Positions 40,946 through 53,524 are shown, numbered from the stretch's first letter. The stretch: DNA of 64,000 nt from Camelus dromedarius (GCF_036321535.1 NC_087472.1:91514001-91578000), one strand, 5' to 3'. Notes: generated by a model not told the origin, from the sequence alone. Numbers and translations: made by a program.

Positions 40946-41579
40946 AATGTTTAAAAAGTTACTTCACTCACATATACAGTTCTAGATACCAGAGAAGTGT
41001 CAAATTATATTTTGAAGATTTTTGGCTAAGTCCCTGGAATACTCCCTCGCATTATACAATTTCTAAAGAAACACACACACGCACACTCAGTCCTAACAGT
41101 TTCATGCTTAACAAACTGTTAACCAAAAGCTTGTGGCTCAAGGTATCAGGTGGAACACAGACAGTTACCTTTCCTCACAGAGTCCTACTGAAATGACAAA
41201 GTAAATGATACAGATGAGAGAAATCCACTACAGCTTTGAGAAGGGAACAATCTATGGGACAGAGATTTGGAAAGATTTTTGGAATATGGAAAGGAGACAT
41301 AGTCACACTGATAGATAAACCAGGGCAGAGGAAAACATGACCCAGAAAACATACAGACCAAAGCTACTGAGAAGGCTGGCATTTTCCACCTGTCAGAGCC
41401 CTGAGAGAGGCTCTCAAAGCAGAGAGAGCAGACATTGGGAGCAGGAGTGGGTTGCTGAAGAGATGTTCAGGTGATGAATTAAGGAACTGTCCATGGAGTG
41501 GCTTGCTCAGTCAACAGGAGAATGAAAAGAAATTCCAGACAGGCAGTCAGGTACAGCAGATCTGAAGAGGAACCAGTCC

Positions 41580-42310
41580 ACATCATTCATCACTTATCAT
41601 GTTCCAGGCACTGCTCTTGGCACTTGGGACATAGCAGTGAATGCCTCGGTCTCTACTCTCATAGAATGTATGTTTTCGTGGGAGAAGCAAAGAATAAACA
41701 AATAGCTATGGCTGTAGATAGAAAAGGTGCAAGAAGAAAAGTAAAGCAAGTAACAGGGATAAAGAGTGGCAAGTGGTGCTATTTTGGACATTTTAGGTCA
41801 GGCAGGGAGGGCCTCTTTGAGGACATGACATTTGAGAAAAGCCTAATGGAAGTTAAAAAATGAACCATGTGATTATCTGCAAGAGGAGATGGAACAGTCC
41901 AGATGAGGGAAGCTGCAGGTTTGAAGGTTGAATATCAAGGGAGCCATGTAGCTGGAGCACACAAGTGAGGGACAGGAGCTGGAGAGAGAGCCAGGGCCAG
42001 GTCCTGTAAGATTTTATAAAGAGGACTATACCATTAGACTTTTCTAAATGTGATAGAAAGGTACACAATCTCACTTATCTTTAAGAATCATTCTTTGCTT
42101 GGAAAACTAGTTGTAGGCAGAGAATGGATGGAAGCAGATCAGTGAGGAGATTAGTAAAGAAGTTGAAGTCAGAAAAGATGGTGGTTTGAGCCAGGATCTA
42201 GTGATGCTAGTGATGGGAAAGTGTCAGATCTGAGATATGCTTCGAAGGTAGAGCTGATAAAACTGAATACTGGGTTGGTTGCAGGATATGAATCAAGAGT
42301 AACTCACATT
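41580..42310 (-). mobile_element. L2 fragment
   Basis: gttccaggcactgctc...ggcctctttgaggacatgacatttgag...gaaggtagagctga. Confidence 0.7.
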
Positions 42311-42929
42311 GGAAAAAGAGGTCAGAAGACTCCAGAAATATGCCCTAGCAATGTAGTTTGAGTACCTGGATCCAGCCACACCTCAGGCCTCAAGAAAAAG
42401 CCTGTGTGAAGGTTCTGGTTTTGTTTAAACTTCTCTGGATAGACTGAAAAATCTCAAGAACCTGTGGATAACGTCCAAATACTTAGAAATACCCCAAATA
42501 CACACACAACGCTACAAGCCCTACTTTTGCAGAAAGCTCTGGCCATCTAGTGAAACTGTATTGTTCTACTGGTGAATAGTGTGGTTTCTTTTCAATCTAT
42601 CTCTGAGAGTGGCTGGTAACACTGTTGAATAAAGGCCCAGTCAGGACAAATTATTATCCAGTTGCTGGGTAAATGTTCTTGCCTGCTTCCCCGGTTCAAG
42701 CCTTACTTATCTAAAGAAATGAACATCTTGGGACACAATGGTAACATGATTTTCAAAGATGAACAAGCTCAGCAGAAGAGTGCTGAGATAGTTATTGTTT
42801 CACCTCAACCAATTCCCACATCAAGTGGACTCACCCCAAGGCAGCAAATTAAGGATGATGAGGTATGAACGTCTCTCTCAGAGGTCTCTTTTTCCCTGTC
42901 CTGTATCCTCTTGCCTGTACCTCTGACCC

Positions 42930-43305
42930 CAACCACAGGTGGGTGGACAGTTGGTTCCATGCAGGCTGCGGCTTCTTTTATCCTGTATTTTGTGACACCA
43001 TGGATATTGGTGGAAACTTGGTGGCAACATTCAACATTGGGAGATGGAAATAATGGATAAATCGCACTGCCACCTCCTTTGGGCGGGCAATTCCGAGAGG
43101 CATTCTGCATATTTCTCTGGAGGCCCTGGTAAAATCACTCCTGCTGGTCACAGCAGTGACCTCAGTCATGCACTTTGATTCTGGCTCCCCCTCCTTCCCA
43201 GCTTCACTTTTCCTTCACTCTCACCACTGCCTCCTGGGATCATCTCCCCAGGACATGCATATAGTCCTTGTCTAGTGCCCTGCTTCAGAGAACTCAAGCT
43301 AAAGC
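42930..43305 (+). mobile_element. LTR16-like ERVL LTR
   Basis: tgggcgggcaattccgagaggcattctgcat...cctcctgggatcatctccc. Confidence 0.6.
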
Positions 43306-45001
43306 AGCTTCTTTTTAATAATCTAGCCATGACCATCATGGCAAAAACAGCAGTTTGGACATAAAAGCTTTTGTTTTCTTCACCACCAGCGTTTGGCTCT
43401 GCTGCAAAGAAATTTACCTCCATCCATTCACATATTTTTTAATTTGTTTGTTTTTCATGTTTGTCATTGTGAGTTCAGAGAAAGTAATTAGGTTTACAGC
43501 ACTACTAATGTTAGATGCATTTAACTCCAAATTTGAATGACTTATTATCAACTGTAGGATCCCTGATTTCAAATGCATTTTATATGTATACATACAGAGA
43601 ATTTCAAATGCACAACTTTGATTTAGTTGGGTGTATATCACTTCACAAACTCTGATGCTTCTGACTTAAAGAAATTGCAGTCTAACTAGTAACTCATGTT
43701 TGTGAAGTAGGATTATCATTTCATACATTCAACAACTCTGTGCAGTAAACAAGAGATAATATATTTACTCTCATTTTCGAAATTATCAAGCTAGAAATCA
43801 GATCGGTTAGAACAGGTAGCAGGTATTTTAGTAGAAGAGACCTAGGGTTTTTCCACCAGATTGTTAAAACCCACAGTCACAGGAAAGGTTGGGCAGTCCA
43901 GTGAAGTTAAAAGATTTGTAGACATGGAAGAAACTTTTCACTCTGTCTCATCAAGTGGGTGTTTGTTGAGTGCCCTTAATATGACAGGGAATGTACAAGG
44001 CACTCTAGATACAATGATTGAGGGAAGTTGTTAGGAAAAGTTGGAGGAGAAAAGAAAGCAATTTCTTGAAAGGGAGATATTACAACAGTTCCAGATCCTG
44101 ATAGAGTCTGTAAATAAAAATACCGTCAACATTAGGGGACATAGCTTTGTAGACCAATTGAGCAATAATTTTCCAATTGACCAGTCAAATCAATTTTAAT
44201 AGCTTGTCAACCAATGAGGCAATCCTTTGTAAGCCTGCCAGTCAATTGAATTTATTATTGAATTATTGATTAGATAATCCGATCACCATCTGGTATTGAG
44301 ACAGATTCAAAATTGGCAGATGCAGTAAACTATATTGATTTGAAGAGTGTTTTTCTCTAAATGGAATAGTTGTTTGATCTGGAAAGTTGATTTTAGAACA
44401 TTTCAGAATTACCGTGAGTAGTTATTATTTCAGCTCAGCAACTATGTGACCCCCAAGGCAACGAATTACCTTTTTTGTAGCTCATCTGAAGGAAATACAT
44501 AATGATGACTTGATCTTCTTTAAAGGTTTCATGAGTCAGCAGTAAAGCCTATTAATTCTTCCATAAATAGAGCTTTAAATATTCTAGGTCTTGGAAAGGA
44601 ATAGGAGGGAGGCTATCTCTTGGATTTTATCAGCCACTATTTTTCTACAATAGTGTTTACCCAATATTTACACTGAAAAGTAAGGTAAACACTAGTGCTA
44701 CTCCCTGCCACCTGTTTACAGAAGGAATTGAATTCTGAGGCATTCCAACTCCTTTAAGACCAGATTGAAAATTCATATCAGGTTTCAGATCGCCATGCCC
44801 TCCCAGGTCAAGAGCAGCTTGCTGTGCAAAGGTCAGTTTCACAATTTTACCCAGCTTTATCCCCACCTGCACTTCACTCCTCCATCTTTTAGTGAAAATT
44901 GCATTACTTTGAAGTTGAAGGTTGCATTCAGGCAAGCAGAGCAGCTTTACTCCCACTCTGAGTTGGAACAGATAATGGATTCTGCAGAACAGGTGTCCAA
45001 T

Positions 45002-45037
45002 TGACCAAGGTCACTGAACAATGACTCAGTGTAAATA
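45002..45037 (+). promoter_or_regulatory. Candidate upstream enhancer core: NR5A1/SF-1 site CCAAGGTCA + SOX AACAATG + AP-1 TGACTCA + forkhead GTAAATA
   Basis: Four consensus motifs within 36 bp of non-repetitive DNA ~3.8 kb upstream of the ATG; an SF-1-dependent element at about -4 kb is known for DAX1. Confidence 0.65.
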
Positions 45038-47007
45038 TCCAAATTGCAGTTGTGGACAAACTCAGCACATGACAGGTGCAGTTGATGAGTGTCCTTTTGT
45101 CTAGCTGTCACAGTGGCCTGAGGACACAGAACAAATCAAATGAAGAAGCCTGTGGCTCCCTTAGAAGGTTATGTCTTCACTCATCCTGTAGCCACCAGTT
45201 GGCTGGCAGAAGTTGGTGCAAATCTCTGCACTTGTTTGGATGATTTTGTTTCTCAGGAGCTATTTGTTCAAGGAAAAAAACTGAAATGGGAAAGATGAAG
45301 TCGGTTTTCTTCTGACATTTCCAAGGATGAATACTTGTAAAGGACAAACAGGCAATCTCTCCCCAGAAACAGTCAATCCAAAGAAACCAGAAAGTCCTTC
45401 AGAGTTGCGAATAGAAGATCACAACTCGAGAAAAGCACAAATAAGAAAATCAGAAGACTGCTCTTGGGAAAGTACAGTAATTATAACCAATGTATTACAG
45501 GTTCATGGTCCTCAGCACTGCACTGAAGTTTCAATCTGAGACAATGACTGAAAGTCAAAGCCAAAGGCTTCAAACACATGTGAGGTGGGAATGATTAAAG
45601 TCACAAAAAATGGGCTTAATTACTAGGATTAAATATATATTTATACATATAGTTGGTAAGATGAAAGAGTTTTAGAAAAACCCTGGAATTATACATGGCT
45701 AGGGTACACATATTAAAATAGTTTATAGTATTTTTTCTCATTTCATAGCTGAAAAGGCTAATGTAATGTTAAATGCTATGCTCAATGTTAAATCATTAGA
45801 AAGTGAATGAGTGTAAAGTTATGTAGCTTTAAACTTAATGAGTATTAAGTTGCTTTATATTTTCAACGAAGTCAGCAAACATTTCTGTAAAGAGCCATGT
45901 TGAGAAATGAGGAAAACCCTTGAAGGACTGAGGACAGGCTGTACACATTAATACTGGTTTATAGAATTGTTCCCCATTTCACAAGTGTGAAGGCTGAAGT
46001 TAAATACTTATGCAATGTTATATCTTTAGAGTGGAAGGGCCCGAATTCAGAGCCATGACTTTTGACTATTAACTCAGTTGTCTTGTTACTTTATCACAGC
46101 ATCTGTAGCACTCTGTGTAGATACAGACACACACATATACAAAGACCTCCAGAAAGCTGAGTCCAATGGGGCCTCCCAACTTCTCCTCCCTCCAGGCTCA
46201 GTGCAGCAACAACTGTGTGGGAATCCTTACTCTCTGTGTTGAGAGTAGGAGCTAAAGCCTTCTCTTCTTTCTCTAAAGGTACAGTTGGCCAACAAATATA
46301 TTTTTAAGCACCACCTGTATGCCAGACCTTGTTCTAGTTGCTGGGATCCAGCTTGGCTAATTCCTTGCCCTCAAGGGATTTTTATACTAGGGAGAAGAAA
46401 CAATCAACAAGCATCAAGTAACTAAATCAATCAATCGTTTCAGCTTCTGATAAGCATTAGGAAGGAAATAAAATTGGGTAAAAAGTAACTAGCGCTGGCA
46501 ATTTACGGAGGGGACGGATGTAGGCCAGGTTTTTCAACGAGGCTGGTTGGTGGGGTCAGCAAGCAGTAAGATCGCTCAAGCAGCAAGAACAATACCCCCA
46601 AACAGTAGCTTGAATATTGGAAATAGCAAATGAAATGGACAATGCGGTAACATTTCCAATACAGATTATCATTGTGGACCATGTGGCCCATCCAGTGCTG
46701 TGAATCTGAGCCAAGAAATGTGGACATGTAGAAAAAATGAGACAGCTTTGGTGTGGAGAGTGAAGGTGGACTTCCCTAGGAGAGAGAGGATAATAGTGGT
46801 GCAGGGGTAGTATTACCTAACCCTGAAGTTATTCAACGTTATCTTAAAAAGGGGAGGGGAATAATGGTTGACACATCCAACACTTATCATGTACCAAACA
46901 AGCATTTTATATGAATTAACTCACCTATGAGGATTACTTCACAGAGACTATTGTCCACATTTTACAGATAAGGAACCTGAGGCACAGGTGGCTTAAGTAG
47001 CCGTCCC

Positions 47008-47441
47008 GTGAAAGGCTAAATAATGTCCTCCAATGATGTCCATATCCTAATCCTCAGAACTTGTGAATATGTTATCTTACATGGTAGAAGGTACTTTGAA
47101 GATGTAATTTAAGAATTTTGAGATGGAGAGATTATTTTGGATTATATGGGTTTGCCCAATGTATGTATAACGATCCTTCTAAGAGTCAGAAAGGAGATGG
47201 AAGCAGAGGTAGCAGTGATGTGGCCAGGAGCCAAGGAATGCCCAGTAGCTTCAAGAAACAGGAAAAGACAAGGAAACAGATTCTCCCCTAGGGCCTCCAG
47301 AAGGAATGTCACCTTGATTTTAGCCCAGTGAAACTGATTTCAGACTTCTGGCCTCCGGAACTACAACACAATAAATCTGTATTCCCTTAAGCCAACTAAA
47401 TTTGTGGTAATTTGTTACAGCAGCAAGAGGAAACTAATACA
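47008..47441 (+). mobile_element. MLT1D-like LTR inserted into a MIR (MIR ~46870-47007 and 47442-47535)
   Basis: aggctaaataatgtcctccaatgatgtccatatcctaatcc...ggaaactaataca; the MIR core resumes after it. Confidence 0.85.
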
Positions 47442-48186
47442 TTGCTCAAGGCCATGGAGCTACGCAGAGTCAGGGCCAGAATTAAAATCAAGGCAATCTG
47501 GTGCCAGTGGGGAGATTAAAGCACTGTGTTATAGGGCCTCTCATAGGCAGAATAAAATTTCAGGTTGAATGCAAAATAAGTGTCTCCTAGCTTTTCCTCC
47601 TATGCTCAGAATTCCAGGTCTCAGAGAAACTTAAAAAAGAGAGAAAGGGGATACTATACCAGCTGGTATATACCAGTCCCCTTCCCTGCAAATTGTCTTC
47701 AGTCATGAACCCAAGAGATCACTAAATAAACCCCCCATTTGAGAGATGAGGAATTTGAGGACTTAAGGGTTGTGATGTGAAGTTAACCAGATGGTTGGTG
47801 AAACAATCAGCTAGTTAAACAAGGGGCAGGTGGTGATGTGGAGATACCCACTGATCTCAGTGCCTGTATGGAACTCAAGGAAAGAGGCTCTGTGGAAAGA
47901 GAGGAACAAACAATCCAGGCTTCTTGAAACCTGTATTTCTCACTATTTGCTTAAGAAAGGTGGGAGAAGAAAAAAGTTAACTGCACATCTACCCAATGTA
48001 ATATCTCTAGAGGAATCCAGAATTCTCACTGTAGCAACCTTTTAGCCCCTTGTGATTACTATATTCTCAAATATTAGCCACTTGTATAACCTGGTCCTGC
48101 CCCTCAGCTTTCTAACATGGCATTTTGGACAGAGTGGGTGCTCATAAATATTAACTGAATTAAACAAAAAGCTTATGATAGCATTC

Positions 48187-48342
48187 TTAGACCAATGCTT
48201 TTCAAAATTTAAGATGCATGCAAATCCTTTGGGAACTTCGTTAAAATGCAGATTCAGAGTTACAGGGTCTGGCTGGGGCCTGAGATTGGGCACATCTACC
48301 AAGTTCCCATATGATACGGCTGGTCCACGGTCTATATTTTTC
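48187..48342. mobile_element. MER5A1-like MITE ~500 bp upstream of the NR0B1 ATG
   Basis: caatgcttttcaaaatttaa...gttaaaatgcagattc...ggggcctgagatt...gctggtccacgg. Confidence 0.75.
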
Positions 48343-48639
48343 AAGGTCCCTGAAAATGGATACATATACAAAATATATCATACAAAGTTTGAACATTAAA
48401 TGAAAGTTTGCCAAGATGGCACAGAAATGATTTTTCCCCCTTTTCAGTACCCCTTCCTTTCCAATAAAGAGAGCACATCAGACGCCGGGGTTCGATGGAA
48501 AGGGTTGGAACAATGCCCTAAAATACCTGCTCCCTGCGCTCTGCTCTCGTCTTCCTGAGGCCGGGAAGGGTAATGACAGGAAGGAGGGAAGTGTCCCGGA
48601 GCTCCCCCGCCTCCATTCCTCTTTCGTTTTCAGCCTTTA

Positions 48640-48817
48640 AGGAGCATCTGCCCCTTTTGAACCACCGGGGTGACGGGCGAACACACCCGAGCGCCGCGCC
48701 GCCCTCCAAGCTCTTGCCCAGGCGGGGACGGCGGACGCGCGTGCGTGAGCGCTCGGTATAAATAGATCGCGCGGGCGGCGGCCACTGGACAGAGCCGAGC
48801 TACGGGAACCGCGGGCC
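48640..48817 (+). promoter_or_regulatory. NR0B1: NR0B1 proximal promoter with TATA box (TATAAATA 48757-48764) and GC box (GGCGGG 48721-48726)
   Basis: TATA box ~60 bp upstream of the ATG in GC-rich sequence, matching the known short-5'UTR DAX1 promoter layout. Confidence 0.85.
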
Positions 48818-49988
48818 ATGGCGGGCGAGGACCACCAGTGGCAGGGCAGCATCCTCTACAACATGCTCATGAGCGCCAAGCAAACGCACGCGACCCCGGT
48901 GGCGCCCGACACACGGCTGGGGGGTGCATGCTGGGGCTGCTCGTGTGGCGCCGAGCCCCCAGTGGGCAGAGAGGGGCTGCCGGATGGACGGGCAGTGGCG
49001 CTCCTGTACCGCTGCTGCTTTTGTGGTGAAGACCACCCGCGGCAGGGCAGCATCCTCTACAACATGCTCACAAGCGCAAAGCAAACGCAAGAGACTCCAG
49101 AAGCGCCCGAGGCACAACTGGGGGGTGCGTGCTGGGGCTGTTCGTGTGGCGCGGAGCCTCCGTTGGGCAGAGAGGGACTCCCGGGTGGGCGGACCACGGT
49201 GCTCCTGTACCGCTGCTGCTTTTGCGGTGAAGACCACCCACGGCAGGGCAGCATCCTGTACAGCTTGCTCACCAGCGCAAAGCAAACGCACGTGGCTCCT
49301 GAAGCTCCCGAGGCGCGGCCAGGGAGCGCGTGGTGGGACCGCTCTTACTGCGCTCAGAGGCTGGGGGGCAGAGAGGAGTTGCCGGCCGGGCGGGCCATGG
49401 CGCTCCTGTACCGCTGCTGCTTTTGCGGGGAAGACCACCCGCGGCAAGCGGGCATCCTCTGCAACATGCCCGCAAGCGCAAAGCAAACGCACGTGGCTCC
49501 AGAAGAGCAGCCGGGGGCCCCTTGGTGGGATCCCTCGTGTGGAGCGCAGCGGCGGGTGGCCCTCAAGAGCCCACAGGTGGTTTGCGAGGCAGCCTCGGCA
49601 GGCCTGTTGAAGACGCTGCGCTTCGTCAAGTACTTGCCCTGCTTCCAGGTGCTGCCCTTGGACCAGCAGCTGGTGCTGGTGCGCAGCTGCTGGGCGCCGC
49701 TACTCATGCTCGAGCTGGCCCAGGACCGCCTGAACTTTGAGACGGTGGAGACCTCGGAGACCAGCCTGCTGCAGAGGATCCTCACCACCAGGCGGCAGGA
49801 GACCACGGGCGACGAGCCGCCGTCCCAGCCCACGCTGCAGCCACAGCTCGTGTCGCCGCCCAAGACCGAGCATTTGCCGTCGGCCGCCGAGGTCCAGGCA
49901 ATCAAGGGCTTCCTTGCAAAGTGCTGGAGCCTGGACATCAGTACCAAGGAGTACGCCTACCTCAAGGGGACCGTGCTGTTTAACCCGG
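48818..49988 (+). CDS. NR0B1: NR0B1 (DAX1) exon 1 coding part (codons 1-390 + 1 nt): N-terminal Cys/Gly-rich repeats and N-terminal part of the ligand-binding-like domain
   Basis: ORF begins [23 protein letters not shown] in a strong Kozak context (gccATGg). It has repeats with LYNML/LYNML/LYSLL and [13 protein letters not shown], then the LBD segment [41 protein letters not shown]...[13 protein letters not shown]. Donor CCGG|GTAAGA at 49988/49989. Confidence 0.99.
48840..49540 (+). repeat. NR0B1: Coding tandem repeat, 201-nt (67-aa) period, 3.5 copies (DAX1 N-terminal repeats)
   Basis: GGCAGGGCAGCATCCT at 48840, 49041 and 49242, and degenerate GGCAAGCGGGCATCCT at 49443; spacing is exactly 201 nt. 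Confidence 0.95.
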
Positions 49989-52900
49989 GTAAGAATGCCG
50001 GCCTTGGGCTCTGACTTCTCCCTGTTCAGAAAAGCATTGGGTAGTACCGACCCGGGGCAAAGACACTTAAGACTTTTCAGTTGACAGGGGAATGTAAGGG
50101 GCATAAGGAAAGAATCGCGACTAACTTAGCAGAGTTGGGGGAGTTACAGAAACCTTCTCAAGGGTGGGCTGCTGCCAGAACCCCAGCCAAGAGGAGGGGG
50201 TTTGTTTGTTGAGGTTTGCACTTCTCTCTCTGAACCTATTAATATAGAAAAGTTTGTGCTGTCAAGGGACATGGCTGTTCCTTTCCTCTCCTCTAATCTT
50301 TTAAATCCAGGAGCATAGCTTTATTTTTTTAAAAGTTTGTGTTTGCGGCAAATTCTGCAAAATTCCTTTCTGAAGCCCAGTTTGGAAATTTACTAGAAAC
50401 TTTTTGTTGGAGGAGGTCTATTAAGGCTGGCAAGAAATGTAGTATTTATTAAGGACCCATAGAGAGACCATCCCCTGGGGACACTGTCCAGCAGGACACT
50501 AGACTTAATGTTTCATGGGTCTGCCTTTGTATGGTCATTTTAATGGTCTTAAGCAGCTGGGCTGTCTCATCTTCCAACTGTCTGAATATCAGGCTGGCAA
50601 AATGGTAGGAAAAGACATGTTAGGGACTGCAAGCAGGTGCACTACTTCAGAGCTTGAAGATACCTTAGAGACCTCCTAGTCAATCCCCTCTGCACTTAAC
50701 CCTCCCATCACCCCATTGGCAGGTTAGGTCATCTAGTCCCAAGTGACCTTCCCCAAAACAAATGGCCGGTGAGTTGTGGAGCATGGGTCTCCTGTCTTCT
50801 GGGCCCAAGGGGATGCCGGTGGCACCATACTTTCAGGTTGTCTGTTGGGTGCTGGACACTCTGGCCCACACAGTGCAACCAAATCATTGGAGAACATCTC
50901 TCTGGACAGCCCAGCACCTTGTCTCTAGTGTGTCCTACTACTAGAGTCATCTTCAACCAACATCCTCCAAAAAGGATCACAAGTCGGCAGGAAGTTTCCA
51001 GGCAGCTTGAGTTGGGATCGTTTTTTATAATGCTCCCTCCAGATCCTTTCCTCCTGACACCAGGAGACTTGGGGTTATGTCCTTGCCTCCTGACTAGAAT
51101 TTTTGAAGGAGTATAGAGCAGTATTCAGTGGGATAATTCATTCAGACCTCACATTTCAGGACCTAGAGACTTCAGCTCACTCCAGTGATTATAGGTCACC
51201 CTATGCTTATATCATTGTTTTCCATCTTGCCTGTGCATAGAAAACACTTAGAGGGGCTTGTTCTAAGTTTCCAGCCCCCTCCCCTAGAAGTTCTGATTCA
51301 GTAGCTCTGATGTAGGGTCTGCAAATCAACATTCATAAGAAGTGCCTCAGGTGGTTCCTAAGATCATCTGGAAGTGTTTTCTCACTCCTTCAGCTGTGTT
51401 ATTAGACATCTGCCGTGTGCTTTGTTCTTCTGTAATAAAAAGACAAGGGCTTGGCTTTCAGAAGGTGACATTCCACTAGTTTCCCTCTTTTCCTCCACCC
51501 TGTTTTGCATCCCTTATTCTCACTCTGCTTTTCTGAGTTCTCTCTCAATAAGTTTAACCAGCTAAGCTGGGTATATTTTAAACACAAATGCACCTGCATT
51601 TGGAAAAAAAAAAAGTAATACCTGCTAAATGTGTGGCCTTTCTTTACTGTTTATTGTCTTGTATCCGCTGGTCTTTATGTTTAAACATTTCCCTCCCATC
51701 CCCACGGAGTCCATCCGTCTTTTCTTTTTCCCGAATTTACTTTGAAGGCAAGTCTTTTTTGGGGGTGGGGGAGCCACTTTAGGGGGTGATGGAAAAGGGA
51801 GGATATGGTATGAAAGCAGAGAAAAGTGGAGCTCACAAGATTAAGTTTTAATAAGCCATGAATCTAGACCTGGCAGAGCTTCTGATTTCTGGTGGTTTCA
51901 TGCAAGCCTTGCCTTATCCTCATTAATGGAATCCAAGCACAATAAAATTGAGTCTTAAGCCTGGAAAATGAGCTCTAGGTAGTTGGGGATGTTAATGCAT
52001 GGACTAGGGTAATCAGAATTGGAATATGGATAAGAGATGTTATACTTTGTTCTCATTGATCAGATCTGATATTGGCCTATTATAGAAATGACTTGCCTAT
52101 TGCCATTTTTTTTTTAAAGAACACTGGCGGGTTCTGTTACTCTATGACGATTAGCATGGTGCTTTTAAAACTTTTCTGTTGAATGTGGTAGAAAAAGAGA
52201 ATGAAGATGACTATAATCATCAACATCATTTAAACAGAATGGTAAATTGGTAATTACTTAAATACAAGGTAAAGAATTTTACAGTGATATTACTATCATG
52301 GAAGATCAAGGACTTTTAAAAGCAGCCTCCTCTTACTACCTTCTTTATAAAACTTACAGGCATTTAATCTTCCCTGCATTGTATTTCATTCCGTTTTTCT
52401 TGGGTATCACACTGTACTGCAAGAAGGTCATGCATTCACTATTTGAAAAGTTACTTTTGTACCATGTTGCAGCCCATGTTTTCACACTTACCTTTTAACC
52501 CTTTAATGGCTGTTCAGACAGTGCTTTCAAAGTTGGCTTACTTTAAACTATTTTTTAAAAAAGCCTTTTGGAAGGCTCATTAGAATCACTGTTTTCTTTA
52601 AACCTTCCCCAATACAGAAATCATGGTACAACGAGCTAAGTGGCCAGTGTTATCTCTCAACTTATTATGGGACTCTAAAATCAGCCTGCAGCCAATAGTT
52701 AAAATGAGACTCCTCAGTCACAGTTGGTGGCTGTGAATGGCAAAATACCTGTCATCTGGAAAACCTCTTGCCATTATACCAAGGCTTGTTTCCCATAGGT
52801 AAAACGTAAAGTGCTCACTTCTTGAAATAATTCTGATTTCTTCATACTTGCACAGATAGTGAACTGGAGCAGTGATTCATTAAGCTGTACTCCACTGTCA

Positions 52901-53199
52901 TAATCGAATTAAGCATGCATTTGTTGGCTCAGGGCCGGCAGTTTTTAATTGTGAGAATACAAACATAGTAAATATTAAATAAGAATAATTACATGAGGTG
53001 TCTTTCTTGGAAGCGTTGCTGCTGAACACTCCCAACTGGTTTGGTACTTTATCCTTGTTGTCGAAAGAACTTCTCACCTGGAAGCTTGAAAGCTTTTCTA
53101 ATTTGGGGAGGGGCAGAACGGATATACTTAAAAAGTTAGCAAAGGGTTCTGCATGAGCTGTTTCTACTGAAGAGCTTTTTCTCCCTTTTTCTCCTCCAG
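49989..53199 (+). other. NR0B1: NR0B1 intron 1 (3211 bp, GT-AG)
   Basis: Starts GTAAGA, ends TCCAG; the reading frame is restored across the junction. Confidence 0.95.
51225..51385. mobile_element. MER5-like MITE in the NR0B1 intron
   Basis: ccagcccctcccctagaagttctgattcagtagctctg...cctcaggtggttcc. Confidence 0.55.
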
Positions 53200-53444
53200 A
53201 CCTGCCAGGCCTGCAGTGCGTGAAGTACATCCAGGGACTCCAGTGGGGAACTCAGCAGATACTTAGTGAACATATCCGGATGACACACAGGGAGCATCAG
53301 GCCAGATTCGCCGAACTGAACAGCGCTCTCTTCCTGCTGAGATTCATCAACGCCAACGTCCTTGCGGAACTGTTCTTCAGGCCCATCATTGGCACTGTCA
53401 GCATGGATGACATGATGCTGGAAATGCTCTGTGCCAAGTTATGA
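53200..53444 (+). CDS. NR0B1: NR0B1 (DAX1) exon 2 coding part: C-terminal LBD with AF-2 core (MMLEML), stop TGA
   Basis: Polypyrimidine tract and CAG acceptor (ttttctcccttttt ctcctccag|AC). The phase-1 junction gives ...[32 protein letters not shown]...[23 protein letters not shown]. Joined CDS is 1171+245=1416 nt = 471 aa. Confidence 0.98.
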
Positions 53445-53524
53445 AGGCATGCGGGCCACACAAGTGCAGATCAATGTGAAGCACACACGAGGAACAGGGG
53501 GCAGAAGAGTGTCAAATAGTGTAA

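Larger units (their letters stand above)
48480..50060. promoter_or_regulatory. CpG island over the NR0B1 promoter and exon 1
   Basis: Visibly high GC and dense CpG against a CpG-depleted AT-rich background. Confidence 0.85.

Noticed and set aside
48840..49540. CRISPR-like regularly spaced repeat
   Set aside because: Eukaryotic in-frame coding repeat in which the whole unit is homologous; there are no unique spacers.
49989..50014. ORF-track C-terminus GKNAGLGL* of the 398-aa ORF as a real DAX1 end or DAX1A isoform
   Set aside because: It is read-through past the canonical GTAAGA donor, and I cannot identify an alternative exon 2A from sequence alone.
48637..50104. Several long overlapping or antisense ORFs (up to 230 aa) across exon 1
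   Set aside because: Expected shadow ORFs of a GC-rich repetitive coding exon; no independent family resemblance.
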